Shown in pieces: positions 21,088 to 31,955 of a DNA stretch of 64,000 bases. Numbering within the stretch: the stretch's first letter is position 1; every line of letters begins with the position of its first letter. Source of the stretch: Trichodelitschia bisporula. Its lineage: Eukaryota. The stretch is from assembly GCA_010356995.1 (NCBI GenBank), contig ML996705.1, positions 632,539-696,538 of the forward strand, read 5' to 3'. The notes beneath the pieces were generated by a model. The model did not search any database. It saw nothing but the letters and a program-made list of their open reading frames with translations, and was not told the DNA's origin. A program made the position numbers and the translations under genes.

Positions 21088-23315
21088 CTACAACTCAATT
21101 AGCGCCTCCTCCACTTTGGGCGTCTGCTTGGGCGGCTCAGGGTACCCAGGCGCAGCCGCGGGGGTCTGCCACGGCGCCTGCTGCTGCTGCGCCCAGTACG
21201 CTGGCGGCTGCTGTTGTGGGTATGACTGCGGTATCTGCTGCGGGGGTGCCGCGTATGATTGCGTCGGGGGATAACTCGGCTCGGGCTGCTTCGGCGCCTG
21301 GGCCGCGACCTGCGCCGGGGCCTTCGTCTGGTCGTACTGGTTCACGTCCGGGTAGCCGTGCTCGTAGCCGGGGGCCGACGGCTGCGACTGTGCGGCCGGG
21401 GATTGGTGGAAGGCCTCGGGCGACGTGGGTGCGTAACTGGGCGGCTGGGACTTATCTTGGAAGTAGAAGGCGGTGCTCGGGTCGGAGGGCTGGTGTGCGG
21501 GAGGATAGTTGGGCGGGTAACCCTGCTGTTGCGGCTGCTGCGGCTGCACCGACACCGAGCGGCGGAGGTCGGGTGATGAGGAAGGGGGGAAGGGGGACTG
21601 AGTGGGTTGCGGGAAGGGGGGGGCGTAGGCTTGTGGCTGAGGCTGGGAGGGCGGCGCGTTGGAGAATGTGTCGCGCTTGTAAGGCGCAGGGCGGGTGTAG
21701 GACGGTTGACGCGCGGGCTGGCCGGTGTAGAAAGTTTCGGCGCCAGAGGGGGCGTCGCCGCCAGGGAGGCTGGGATAGGCGCCGGCAGGAGGGAGGCTGT
21801 AGCCTGGGATTTGGTGGTGGTAGGTTTTCGACAGGCGGTCTTCGAGCATGCGATCGTAGTAGCGGACAACTGAGGAGAGCTTGGAGTGTAGATCAAGTAG
21901 GGTGTCTAGGATGTTAGCAGGTCCTTGGGGTAAAACATAGTTACGAACCGTGTTTGCTCATCGTCTCGCCGTATGTCCGCGCCAACTTCGGCCGCAGCTT
22001 GCCGATGCTCTCGTACAGCTCCTGGATCTGCGGCTCGCGCAGGATAGTCCCCGGTGGTTGGTGCTGCAACCGCTCCACCAACGTCGCGAAGAGACTGATG
22101 TTTTCTGCCTCCGCCGGTGTCAGCTCGTAGTCCGGCCGCGGGAGGATACCCTTCGGCGCAGTGTGCTTCAGCGTTGCCGAGTGCTTCTTCTTTTGCTCCT
22201 CCATGTCACGCAACGATGCCGCAATGGCCGCCTTGAGCTCCTCGTCTTCGTCCTCCTCTTGCGGCTGTGGCAGAGGCTTCGATGTGTTGGCGCCGTTCGT
22301 GGATGGCTTCGCCTTTTGCGGCACGTACCCCTGCCCGACAGGGGCCTTACTCTCTTCTAGGCTCATCTCGAGGGCGCGCTTGAGGTCGGCATCGAAGCTG
22401 TCGTCGACCCGTGCATCCCGCGGCTGCATGCCCTGGTACAGAGTTTTGGCCGGCTTCGCCGCGTCGAATCCCTTTGGGACGGGCGTCGCCTTCACCTTGT
22501 CCGTCAGCCGCTGCCAGCAGCCATCGTCGACGCGCACAGCCTGCATGATGCCGAGGTGTGGAAGAGGGAGGGTCTTGCTTGAGCAGGCGCCGCAGAAGAC
22601 GTTGCCACAGTTACGGCAATGGTGCTTGCGGTTTGTAAAGGTAAAGGGGGTGCGGCAGCGCATGCAGACGTCGGAGTCGACCCACTCCGGGGGCTGTAGG
22701 AGTTAGTGAAGCTACGATATGAATGAAATTACGAACCGCGCTGCTGTCAAACATGCTGCTCGTCACCGAAGCCTTGGGTGGGAAGTCGTAGCCCTCGCGC
22801 TGTAGCGTCTTGTACACCTCGCCGATGTAGATGAGTGCTGGCCGGCCCTCAGCTGCCGTGGCCCACGCCTGGATGACCTCGAGGATCTTGGCTTTGACGG
22901 CATCGCTGGGTTCGGCCGGGCCGGAGGCTTTGAGGATGGAGGTCAGGTTGTCCATGAACTCGCGAGAGGCGATCTCAGCCATGAAGTGCGAGCCACCGTT
23001 TTTGACGCATGTGTCGGTGAGCTAGAGGTCAGCAGGAGCTAGAACGTGGGAGACGAGAAAGGTACATTCAGAGCGGCGATCTGTATGTTCGGGTTGCGGT
23101 TTCCGATGCGCTTCTTCAGCGACCGCATGGCCTCTCGTGGTTGTACCGTCTTGGAGCGGATGGTGTCTGAGATCTCGAGGTTGAGGGCGATGTCCTCACT
23201 GCGTCATCAGAGCTGTATCCCTAGCTGCAGGAGCAAACACTCACAGACTGGACGCCGTAGCCCGCTCGACCTGCTCGTCGAGCGCCGTGTTGGAGGCGCC
23301 AAACCACCCCGCCAT
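21088..23315 (-). CDS. VPS27: ESCRT-0 subunit Vps27 (VHS-FYVE-UIM-UIM-GAT)
   Basis: VHS ([17 protein letters not shown]), FYVE ([19 protein letters not shown]), UIMs ([20 protein letters not shown]), C-terminal ALIEL. Introns 23244..23199, 23065..23022, 22736..22694, 21948..21906. Confidence 0.96.
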
Positions 23316-23900
23316 CGTTGACTGGGGCCGTAGTCCAGTTGAAGGTGTAAGAGGCGCAAGGTTGCCAAGGAGACGATGGAATAGATGAGAGCGAGAAGGG
23401 AGAGTGGAGAAGGAGGGATAACGTGCGAGAAAGACGGCGACGAAAAGAGCTACCGGGAGGCTGTGATGGATGAGCAGTGAAGCTATTCCCAAACTATGAT
23501 GTCGGAGAGTTGCGGCGGGCGGCTCAGTGATGAGCTGTGCCACTGTGGCTGTGTCTTGGCTGGTCTGGGGAAGGAGGAGTGGCGGTGGATGACCCGCCCC
23601 TCCGCCTCGAGCCAAGCAGCGTGGATTGAAACGTCAAGGCACGAGTTGCTCTTTCATCTCCCTTCTCTCTGTTTACTCCTCTTCGTGATCCGTCCTCTTT
23701 ATAGGCTCTCTCTCCTGTCTATACTCGAGCAGTCCTCACTCCCTGCAGATAGCCTCGCCTCAGTCATCGTCAATCGTCTCGAGGAGAAAGACTGTCGTGT
23801 CCCGAGCCTCCAACCTCAAAGCCCCCACCCCACGCTGACCAGCGCCACCTACCTCACCGCTTCGTGAATCCACGATGCTGCGCGCGGCCTCGTAGTTACA

Positions 23901-26900
23901 ATGTCTGCCGCGGCTCCGATGCCCCCACCCCACAACCCGTCCGACGCAAACCACAAATGGAACGGAACCGAGCGAGCCCCGCCCAGGCCCGTCGACGGCA
24001 CCCGCCACATTGCCGACCTGCAGGACGAAGCTGAGAGACGTGCCGAAGAGTTTGAGCATGCACCGGTAGGCTCTCTCTATCTAGGTGTCCCGAACTACAG
24101 GGCTGACCGGCTGTCAGATTAGGCGCCAGATCGAGGCTGCAGAAAACCACCTCCGTTGTGCTGAGACCTTCCTCGAGTACCGCCGTCGAGATGATGCCTT
24201 CATTGAGTATTTGCTGGCTGCAGAGATATGCGTAGCGATTCCGCGCAACAAGGAAGTTGTCGATATACGCGCCCGTCGTGACCCCCTCTGGGAGAGATAC
24301 CGCCGAGCATGTGAACAGTTAAAGTTTAACGACCAACGGTTCCAGCAAGTCAAGCAAATCATCATCAACGAGAACAAGCGCAACGGCATACAGCCGGTAA
24401 AGCGCTTATCAGTACCAGAGGGTGGTTCGAATCCCATGTCGCGGCCTGCATCGCGACCTACCTCAAGAAATGGCGGATACCACCCAGACGAACTGTTCTT
24501 TGGCGGACCGGGTGACATGGCTAACGGCCAGTCGAACGGCGTACCGAGCCACACAGCGCAGCCAGTCGAAACACCGCCCCAGGTCCCAAAGCACGCGCCG
24601 ATACAAGTGAATCATAGCCTGAATTCACCACCCCCGCAGCCCCCGAGGCCATCATTAAACCACACTCACTCCTCGTCCACCTCTCTCCCCTCGTGGAAGC
24701 CGGCGCCGCCAAAGCACCACACCATGGGCGCGGACTTGACGGAGCGTTTCGCCCGCCTCCGAACCTCTGCTACGCGGCAAGACCTTCGGGCCGACGCCCG
24801 CCCTGACTCTGGATCCGATCTTAGCGCGCCGCTGCGGATGCCCTCCCCAACAGAATTTGTTAGAGGACCACCAAAAGTGCCGCCTAGACCGCTGCCCTTG
24901 GACACTAGACTCGCCATGACGATGCCAAAGCCGCCGAGCCCGACGTACAGTCCAGCACGCAACATGCAGACCCCGGCCAACGTGAACCCCCCGCGCTCTA
25001 CCGCCCGTAGCATGGTCGGCACTGGCGGCCGCACTGCATCTGTGGTATCGAATGCGTCGTCGCGCGCGCCTGACGCTGAGGCTGGCTCGTACTTTCCCCC
25101 TGCGGAACGGCCTGACACGCGGCGCCAGGGATCGATCGGACTTCCCAGCGAAGGCCGTAACATCAACGCTAACATGCTGCTCGACTTTATCGGCATGTAC
25201 AGCGTGCTTCTCATCGATGTGCGCGAGCGTGACAAGTTTGACCACGGTCACGTCGATTCGTCTTCGGTTATATGCATCGAGCCGCTCACTTTGCGGAGTG
25301 GTATGTCTGCGGAAGACCTCGAAAACGCATTGGTCCTGTCACCCGATATCGAGCAGCAACTGTTTGACAAGCGAAATCAGTTCGACTTGGTTGTCTATTA
25401 CGACGAGACGACATCCGACACCTCGTTTCTGGAGCGCCGTGCGCAGACGCCACAAGAGGAGGTTCTGAAGACGCTTTTTGATGCGTTGTGGGAATTTAAT
25501 GTTGACCGACCGCTCAAACAGCCTCCGCTGCTGCTGACAGGCGGCCTTGCTGCGTGGGAGATAATGCTCGGACGCGGTGCGCTTCGTACCTCGGAGACCG
25601 TTGCCATGAAGGCGGCGAAGGCGCAACGGCCAGTCCGTAAACCGGTGCCAGCACCTCCTCCGTCCCGTTATATCACAATGGAGAAGAGACGGCGACGTGA
25701 ATTTAATCCTCTCACCCCGGAAGAGGAGCAGAAGTGGGCGGAAAGCATCCGGAAGGAAAGCGTGGTTTTCGAGGGTCCGCCCTCTCCTGAAGAGGAGGAC
25801 GCCGAAGCGGCGTTCTACCGCACTCAGGACGACTTCTTACGTCGCTACCCAGCCGTGCCTCTTGAGCTGGAGTCCATGTCTGGGCCGCTTCCACCGCGCC
25901 ACGATAGCGTCCTCAGTCCTGCACCTCCACGTCCCCCACCACACTCTTCCTCGCAACCGTACTCCGCAAGCTCGCAACACTCTTCCTCGCCAGCATACTC
26001 CACCAAGCCACACTCCACAGCTCCTGCATACCCACCAATAGCGCATTCACAATTTCCTTCACGACCACCTCCTGCTGCACCGCGCGTGTCATATAGCGGT
26101 GCACACGAGCGCGCACCGGCGCCTTACAATTCGTCACGTGCCTCGCAACAACTTCGACCATACATTTCGGCGAAAGACATGGCTCAAAATACAACGCTTC
26201 CGCGCACAGGCCTCGTCAACTTTGGCGTTACCTGTTACATGAACGCCACAATCCAATGCCTCAATGCAACTCTTCCCCTGTCACGGATCTACCGTGAGAA
26301 TCTATTCCGTAACCACGTCCAGATAGGAAACTGGAAGGCGACCAACGGCCTGATGTCGGAGCATTTCGCCAACCTGATCCGGCACCTGTGGGTCGGCGAC
26401 GTGCAGGCCTGTCGCCCGGTTACCTTTCGCGTATGTACTGGTCCTTTCGTATATCTGTCTTTATAATTGCTATACCCCTTTCGTATATATATATATCTAA
26501 CTGCTATAGAAATTCTGCGCTCGTATGGGGAGCCAATGGGGCAAGGAGGAGCAGCAAGACGCAAAGGAGTTTTACGACTTCTTGGTCGATCTCCTGCATG
26601 AGGATCTAAACCGCAACTATAACAACCCTCCCGCCCATGTCCTCACCGACGAGGAGGAGCAGATCCGCGAACGCACGTGCAAGCCCTGGGCGGCCAGCAT
26701 CGAGTGGACCCGTTATAGCAAACGCAGCAAGTCCCCCGTCTCTGACCTCTTCGCCGGGCAGCACATGTCGCGGCTGCGCTGCCTAGCGTGCGGCCATACG
26801 AGCACAACGTACGAGGCCTTCTTCTCCATCAGCGTTGAGATCCCGAGCCACGCCCCGGGCAACCTGTATAACTGCATGGCGTCGTACTGCAAGGAGGAGC

Positions 26901-27409
26901 GGCTCAGCGAGGCCGACAAGTGGAAGTGCACGAGCTGCAAGCGGACTGCCGGCGCCACGAAGCAGATCACGCTCACGCGGGCGCCTCAGTTCTTGGTCAT
27001 CCACTTCAAGCGGTTCCACTCGACTGGACGCGTGGCGCGCAAGATTCATACGGCAATCGACTTCCCGCTGGAGAACTTCGACCTGGAGCCGTTTATGATG
27101 GCGTCCCCGACTGCAGCTGAGATGGAACATCTGATTCGCGAGACACGGAACCCGAATCTCTATGAGACAGGCTTCGACGCCAGCATGAAGCCGCCATACA
27201 AGTATAACGCCTACGCGGTGATGCGGCACATCGGCTCCAGCGTGACGAGCGGGCACTACGTGGCGATGGTGCGGGACAGCGGGCGCGGATGCTGGCACAC
27301 GTTCAACGACGATCGGGTGACTGATTTTCAGCCCGCGCAGCTCAAGGAGCATCAGCGGCTGCAGAACGAGCAGGCGTATATTGTGTTCTTTGAGCGGCGT
27401 AGCATGTGA
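23901..27409 (+). CDS. DOA4: Ubiquitin C-terminal hydrolase Doa4/USP8-like (rhodanese + USP)
   Basis: Rhodanese VLLIDVRER..GHV..ICIEP, Cys box GLVNFGVTCYMNATIQCL, EQQDAKEF, His box HIGSSVTSGHY, FNDDRV. Introns 24066..24117 and 26431..26509. Confidence 0.92.
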
Positions 27410-27697
27410 GTTTACAGGGGTGTACATATTTTTGTGCGCTTAGATGCTAGATACCCGGTGCTTTGGCGCGATGTTGGATGTGCGCGGGCACCTGGGAATG
27501 GATCAACTGGTTTTCGTTGTTCTTCTGTGTGTGATGGCTTGATCATTGACCGCTGGCTTCGACGCCTATGTCGCCGTCCTCGACTATCAACTTTACAAAT
27601 CCTTTGACGACATTAAAATGCTAACAATTTCCTCAGTTCTATCCCTGACCCCAATGCAGAGCATAGCGAGCCCCCATCATCCCCCGATGTTCCTCTT

Positions 27698-28480
27698 ATG
27701 ACCCAGAAGCTCAACGCCGCTCCGTGCATCCCACCGCCGCCTACTTCCCGCCTCGGATGTAAAGACGACGCCTTCGAGCGAGGCCGCGAACCGACACTCA
27801 AACTGCCCGGGAAGATTCTGCCAGGGTCCAAGTTAGACATCCCAGCCTACTACCCGAACGCGCAGGAAAATATGAAGAATCAGGAGGGTACAGCGTCCGA
27901 ACCGCAGCCAGAGTGGGGATATACCGCGAATTTCCTTGAGCCCGGAACGCAGCGTCTTTTGCCAACCACTCCATCGCCTCCATCTTCGTCTCGTATTCCA
28001 TCTACTCCGACTCGGCCAGCACAGCCGCGGACGATGATTTCAATGACATCATCTCCTTTTTCTACCAATCCCATTATTGACAGCGCTGAGGCGATGCCTA
28101 CTGCTAAGGGGAAGGGAGTTGAGCTGGGTGATGAGGCAATGAAGGGGTTCACTGAATGCTGGGAGGACAGTCCTCTGAAGCGGTCGACGCCATTTGATTT
28201 CACGGGGAGCATGTGGAGCACTGAGCAGCTTGATGCGGAGATGCACGAGGATGAGCAGGACGTTCCGAGTTCCCTGCCGGGTGGTCCCATGGAGGTGTGC
28301 GAGGAGAGGGATGGACAGGACATTGCGGGTTCTCGGCCGGAGGTCACTATAGAGGATGGGCAAGCGGAGGAGGGTGATTTCGGGGAAGATGAGCGTCAGG
28401 GGGTGGTTCGGAAACACGACGACGATGACGGTTCTGATCCTTTCCGGGATTGGCTCTTCGAGAATGATATGGAGGAATGA
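27698..28480 (+). CDS. Hypothetical acidic/Pro-rich protein, possibly a 5'-truncated relic
   Basis: 260-codon ORF with no recognised motif. An upstream GCTAAC..CAG acceptor-like signal near 27620-27636 has no clear donor. Confidence 0.35.
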   Translation: MTQKLNAAPCIPPPPTSRLGCKDDAFERGREPTLKLPGKILPGSKLDIPAYYPNAQENMKNQEGTASEPQPEWGYTANFLEPGTQRLLPTTPSPPSSSRIPSTPTRPAQPRTMISMTSSPFSTNPIIDSAEAMPTAKGKGVELGDEAMKGFTECWEDSPLKRSTPFDFTGSMWSTEQLDAEMHEDEQDVPSSLPGGPMEVCEERDGQDIAGSRPEVTIEDGQAEEGDFGEDERQGVVRKHDDDDGSDPFRDWLFENDMEE

Positions 28481-28664
28481 GTGCGGATGGATATGGACAT
28501 GTACGCAGGTTTACACGGGTCATACTAGCGAGACAATGGAACACTGAATGCTGAGCCTTCTGCATTAAACGAAGTGATAACATGTAATATCCCAAACGAC
28601 CCCCCAAACACCAACCTCACCAACGCCAGACCACAACACGCCCCCTAAAATTTATCAAAATGCG

Positions 28665-29614
28665 TCACCCCATACTTATCCTCCAAGCAACGTCATTCGG
28701 CCCCACAAAAACTCTCGTCCCACTCGGATGCACCTGATCCACACCCTCCGCCCCCCAAGCCTCCTCCCTCTCAAGCCTCATCTTACTCTTCGGTTTATCC
28801 CTCAGTATCCGCTCCTTCTCAAAATCCACATACGCGGCATAATACACCTTATTCGTGTTCCCAGCGTCCGTCCCGTGTTTCTGTCGGAAAGTCTGCATGG
28901 TAGATGGGCGCAGTTTCACCGGTTCAGTGTGGAACATCTTCTCGAGCTCGCGCAGGAAGCCCGTTTGCGTGACGCCCGTCTTGGCGAGATGCGCACCGAT
29001 CTTCCGCCGCACTTCGTTACACGTGTCGAAGACGGGGACGTTGTCGTCCTTTTTCCCCGGCAGCTCGACCTCCATCAGACGCTCGAGCGTGATGTCGTTC
29101 TTGTTCGCCGCGCGCTGTTTCGCCGTTGGAGGACTCTTCGGCGTACTTTTCGAGGCACTCTTCCCGCCTGCATCGCCCCCCGCCGGCACCTCTCCCTTGT
29201 CGCGCGCCTCTAGATAGGCCATCGCGGCCTTGGCCACTTTCATCCCGGCTCCGTCCTCAGGGCCGGACATGTTCAGGAAGCGGCCGAGGGTGCTGCGGCT
29301 TTACGCCGAGGGTGTCGGCGAGGTGTTTGTGCATTATTTGGTCGGAGTCGAAGAGCGCGTGCAGACGGACAGGCAACTCATCGCAGTTGAGTTCTGAGGC
29401 TGGCTTGGAGGAGAGATCGGGTGCTGGCGTCTGTGGGCGCGAGGGACTGGCGGCAGGCAAAGGAGAGGGTTGGCTGTGATGCTGAGGTGTTGGTGTCCGT
29501 ATTGGAGATGTGGAATGGGTTGGTGGGGGCGGAGACAGAGTCGTAGTTCGGTGATTTGGGTTCGGGTGGTGATGTGTGTGCAGGCGTAGGAGGAGCTTGG
29601 TCTGGGTTCTCCAT
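28665..29614 (-). pseudogene. Frameshifted gene for a conserved fungal protein with two tandem helical domains of unknown function
   Basis: Repeat 2 reads VPVFDTCNEVRRKI..GVTQTGFLREL..AGNTNKVYYAAYVDFEK. Repeat 1, LNCDELPVRL..LADTLGVKP/TLGRFLNMSGP..AAMAYLE, is split by a frameshift near 29295. Further shifts lie upstream and near the C-terminus. Confidence 0.65.
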
Positions 29615-30386
29615 GGCTGGCACTAGCTTGTGTGGGTTGGAGGTTGCAGAGGTTTGGCTGTGTGTGACTCGGGAGTCGGACGGTTGCCATGATGGATGTG
29701 GGGTGAAGACAGTTGATGACGTCGTTTTACGGATGTACTGGATGGTCTAATTTGATAGAAAGAAGGCGAACTTGCCAGGCCCCCATTGCGCTTTTATGAT
29801 CTTATGCCCAGCACTTCGCTTGGGAGGTGTGACCTCGCGATGAGTGGCGCCTGACCTCATAGGCCGTCTTTTCTTTACATTTGGACGCGTCCGGACGCAC
29901 CATGCGTCGGTGATCGGCTGGAAACAACGCGAGACGTCATGCCGAACCGGCTAGAGAGGGCAAATCAATGGAACATATCCAGTATCATGAGCTGCTCTTA
30001 TCTTGAACTGGTCGTTGGCGATGTTACTTTTTTGATAAACATCCCAGGAGGGGAGATAGATAACTGAAGCTGTCGTAAGTGTAACGAGATTGATGTCTCG
30101 GCACCGGCAGCTGTCATTAAAATCTCGACGTCTCTGATAGGCGCTCCGGAGACCGTGATTTCGGCAAGAAGCATTCGGTTTGCTGAAACATGTCTCTGTA
30201 GCATCAAAAGATGAAACGCATACCCCAAGAATTCATGTACCGTACGGATGAACCGCCCTCCGTCATCACGACCAACGTGGACAGCTCCCCCATGTCACCC
30301 CTAACCCACGCCAAGCCCAACCTCCGAACCGCATCAGAACCATCGCGATAGGACCGTACAACCTCACTCCCCCCCTCCCTCCCTCA

Positions 30387-31793
30387 ATGTCCGTCTTCAA
30401 GGCCTTCCCGCTACTGCGGCAGAACTCTCCCCGCCTCTCAAAGCACTTCTTCACCTGCACCGCCCATCGCCCGGCTCCCCCAAAGCTCCCAACAAACTTT
30501 TTCGCATCCCGCTTCCGCGCCCAGCACACCACCGCGGCACCGCAGAATGTCGCCCGCCCGCGCTCCTTTCCGCAGACGTCTGATAAGGTAGTGGGTTACT
30601 GGCTGCTCGGCAGCGCGGCGAGCGTGTTCGGCATCGTGGTGTTCGGGGGATTGACGCGGCTCACTGAATCCGGGTAACAACTCTTCCCCCACCACGTGAC
30701 ATCGACTAATTAGCTCAACAGCCTGAGCATAACGGAATGGCGCCCCGTAACCGGCTCTCTCCCCCCCCTAAACAGCACCGACTGGGAAACCGCCTTCAAC
30801 AAATACCGCTCCTCCCCCGAATTCGCCCTCCTCAACCCCAGCATGTCTCTCGAAGAATTCAAAAAAATCTACTGGATGGAATGGACCCACCGCCTCTGGG
30901 GCCGCGTCATCGGACTCTCCTTCCTCCTGCCTACGATCTACTTCGTCGCGCGGCGGCGCGTCGCCCCGCACATGGCGGTTAAGCTGGTGGGTATAAGCGG
31001 GTTGATAGGCTTCCAGGGTGTGATAGGGTGGTGGATGGTGGCGTCGGGGTTGAAGGATGATCTTTTTGCGCCGGGGAGTCATCCGCGGGTTAGTCAGTAC
31101 CGCCTGGCTGCGCATTTGGGCGCGGCGTTTGTGGTGTACCTCAGCATGCTATGGACCGGGCTGGATATCCTGCGCGAGAACCGCATGCTCGCGTCCCCAA
31201 CCGAGGCCCTGAAGAAGATTCAAGCCCTACGCAGTCCCCACCTGCGCGCCTTCAAACTCGCTACCGCCCTCATCACCGGCCTCGTGTTTACCACGGCTAT
31301 GTCCGGCGCGCTCGTAGCCGGGCTGGACGCCGGGCTCATCTACAACGAGTTCCCCTGGATGGGGCAGGGTCTCACGCCCCCCAAAGCCGAGCTCTTCGAC
31401 CCGCGCTACTCCCGCCATTCCGACGGTTCCGATCTCCTCTGGCGCAACGCGTGCGAAAACCCATCTCTCGTGCAGCTGGACCATCGCATCCTGGCCACGA
31501 GCAGCTTCACCGCCATCCTCGGCTTATTCGCGTACCCCCGTCTGGCTGGACGTGTGAAAGTGGCGTTGCCGCGGGAGGTAGTGAAGGGCCTCACGGGGGT
31601 TATGCATTTGGCGTGGATGCAGGTTGCGCTGGGGATAAGTACGCTGATATATATGGTCCCCACCGCGGTGGCGGCGGGGCATCAGGCTGGTGCGTTGGCG
31701 TTGTTGACGGGGGTGCTGGTGTTGGCGAGACGGTTGAGGGTTCCGAGGAGGACGGTGAGGCTGGTGGAGAGGGCGGTTAAGGAGGGGAAGTAG
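30387..31793 (+). CDS. COX15: Heme A synthase
   Basis: GGLTRLTESG-intron 30674..30721-LSITEWRP, MEWTHRLWGR, VSQYRLAAH, LVAGLDAGLIYNEFP, VQLDHR, AAGHQAG. Confidence 0.96.
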
Positions 31794-31913
31794 GGGCTGG
31801 GTGTCGTGTACATTACTGTAGATCTCCGCTACGGCGCCTGGGCCCATGTTTGAATAGCAAGGAAAAGAGGAATTTTGTCTACGTCTATACCGTAACTCTA
31901 TCACGCTCCAACG

Positions 31914-31936
31914 CCCAACCCTAACCCTAACCCAAC
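31914..31936. repeat. Short interstitial telomere-like repeat (CCCTAA) between the convergent COX15 and DUG2 genes
   Basis: cccaaccctaaccctaacccaac. Confidence 0.7.
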
Positions 31937-31955
31937 TTTTCCCCCATCCAACGCC

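Noticed and set aside
26431..26509. AT-rich DOA4 intron with a (TA)n run as a possible element footprint or snoRNA host
   Set aside because: No box C/D or H/ACA pattern and no inverted repeats; a plain microsatellite.
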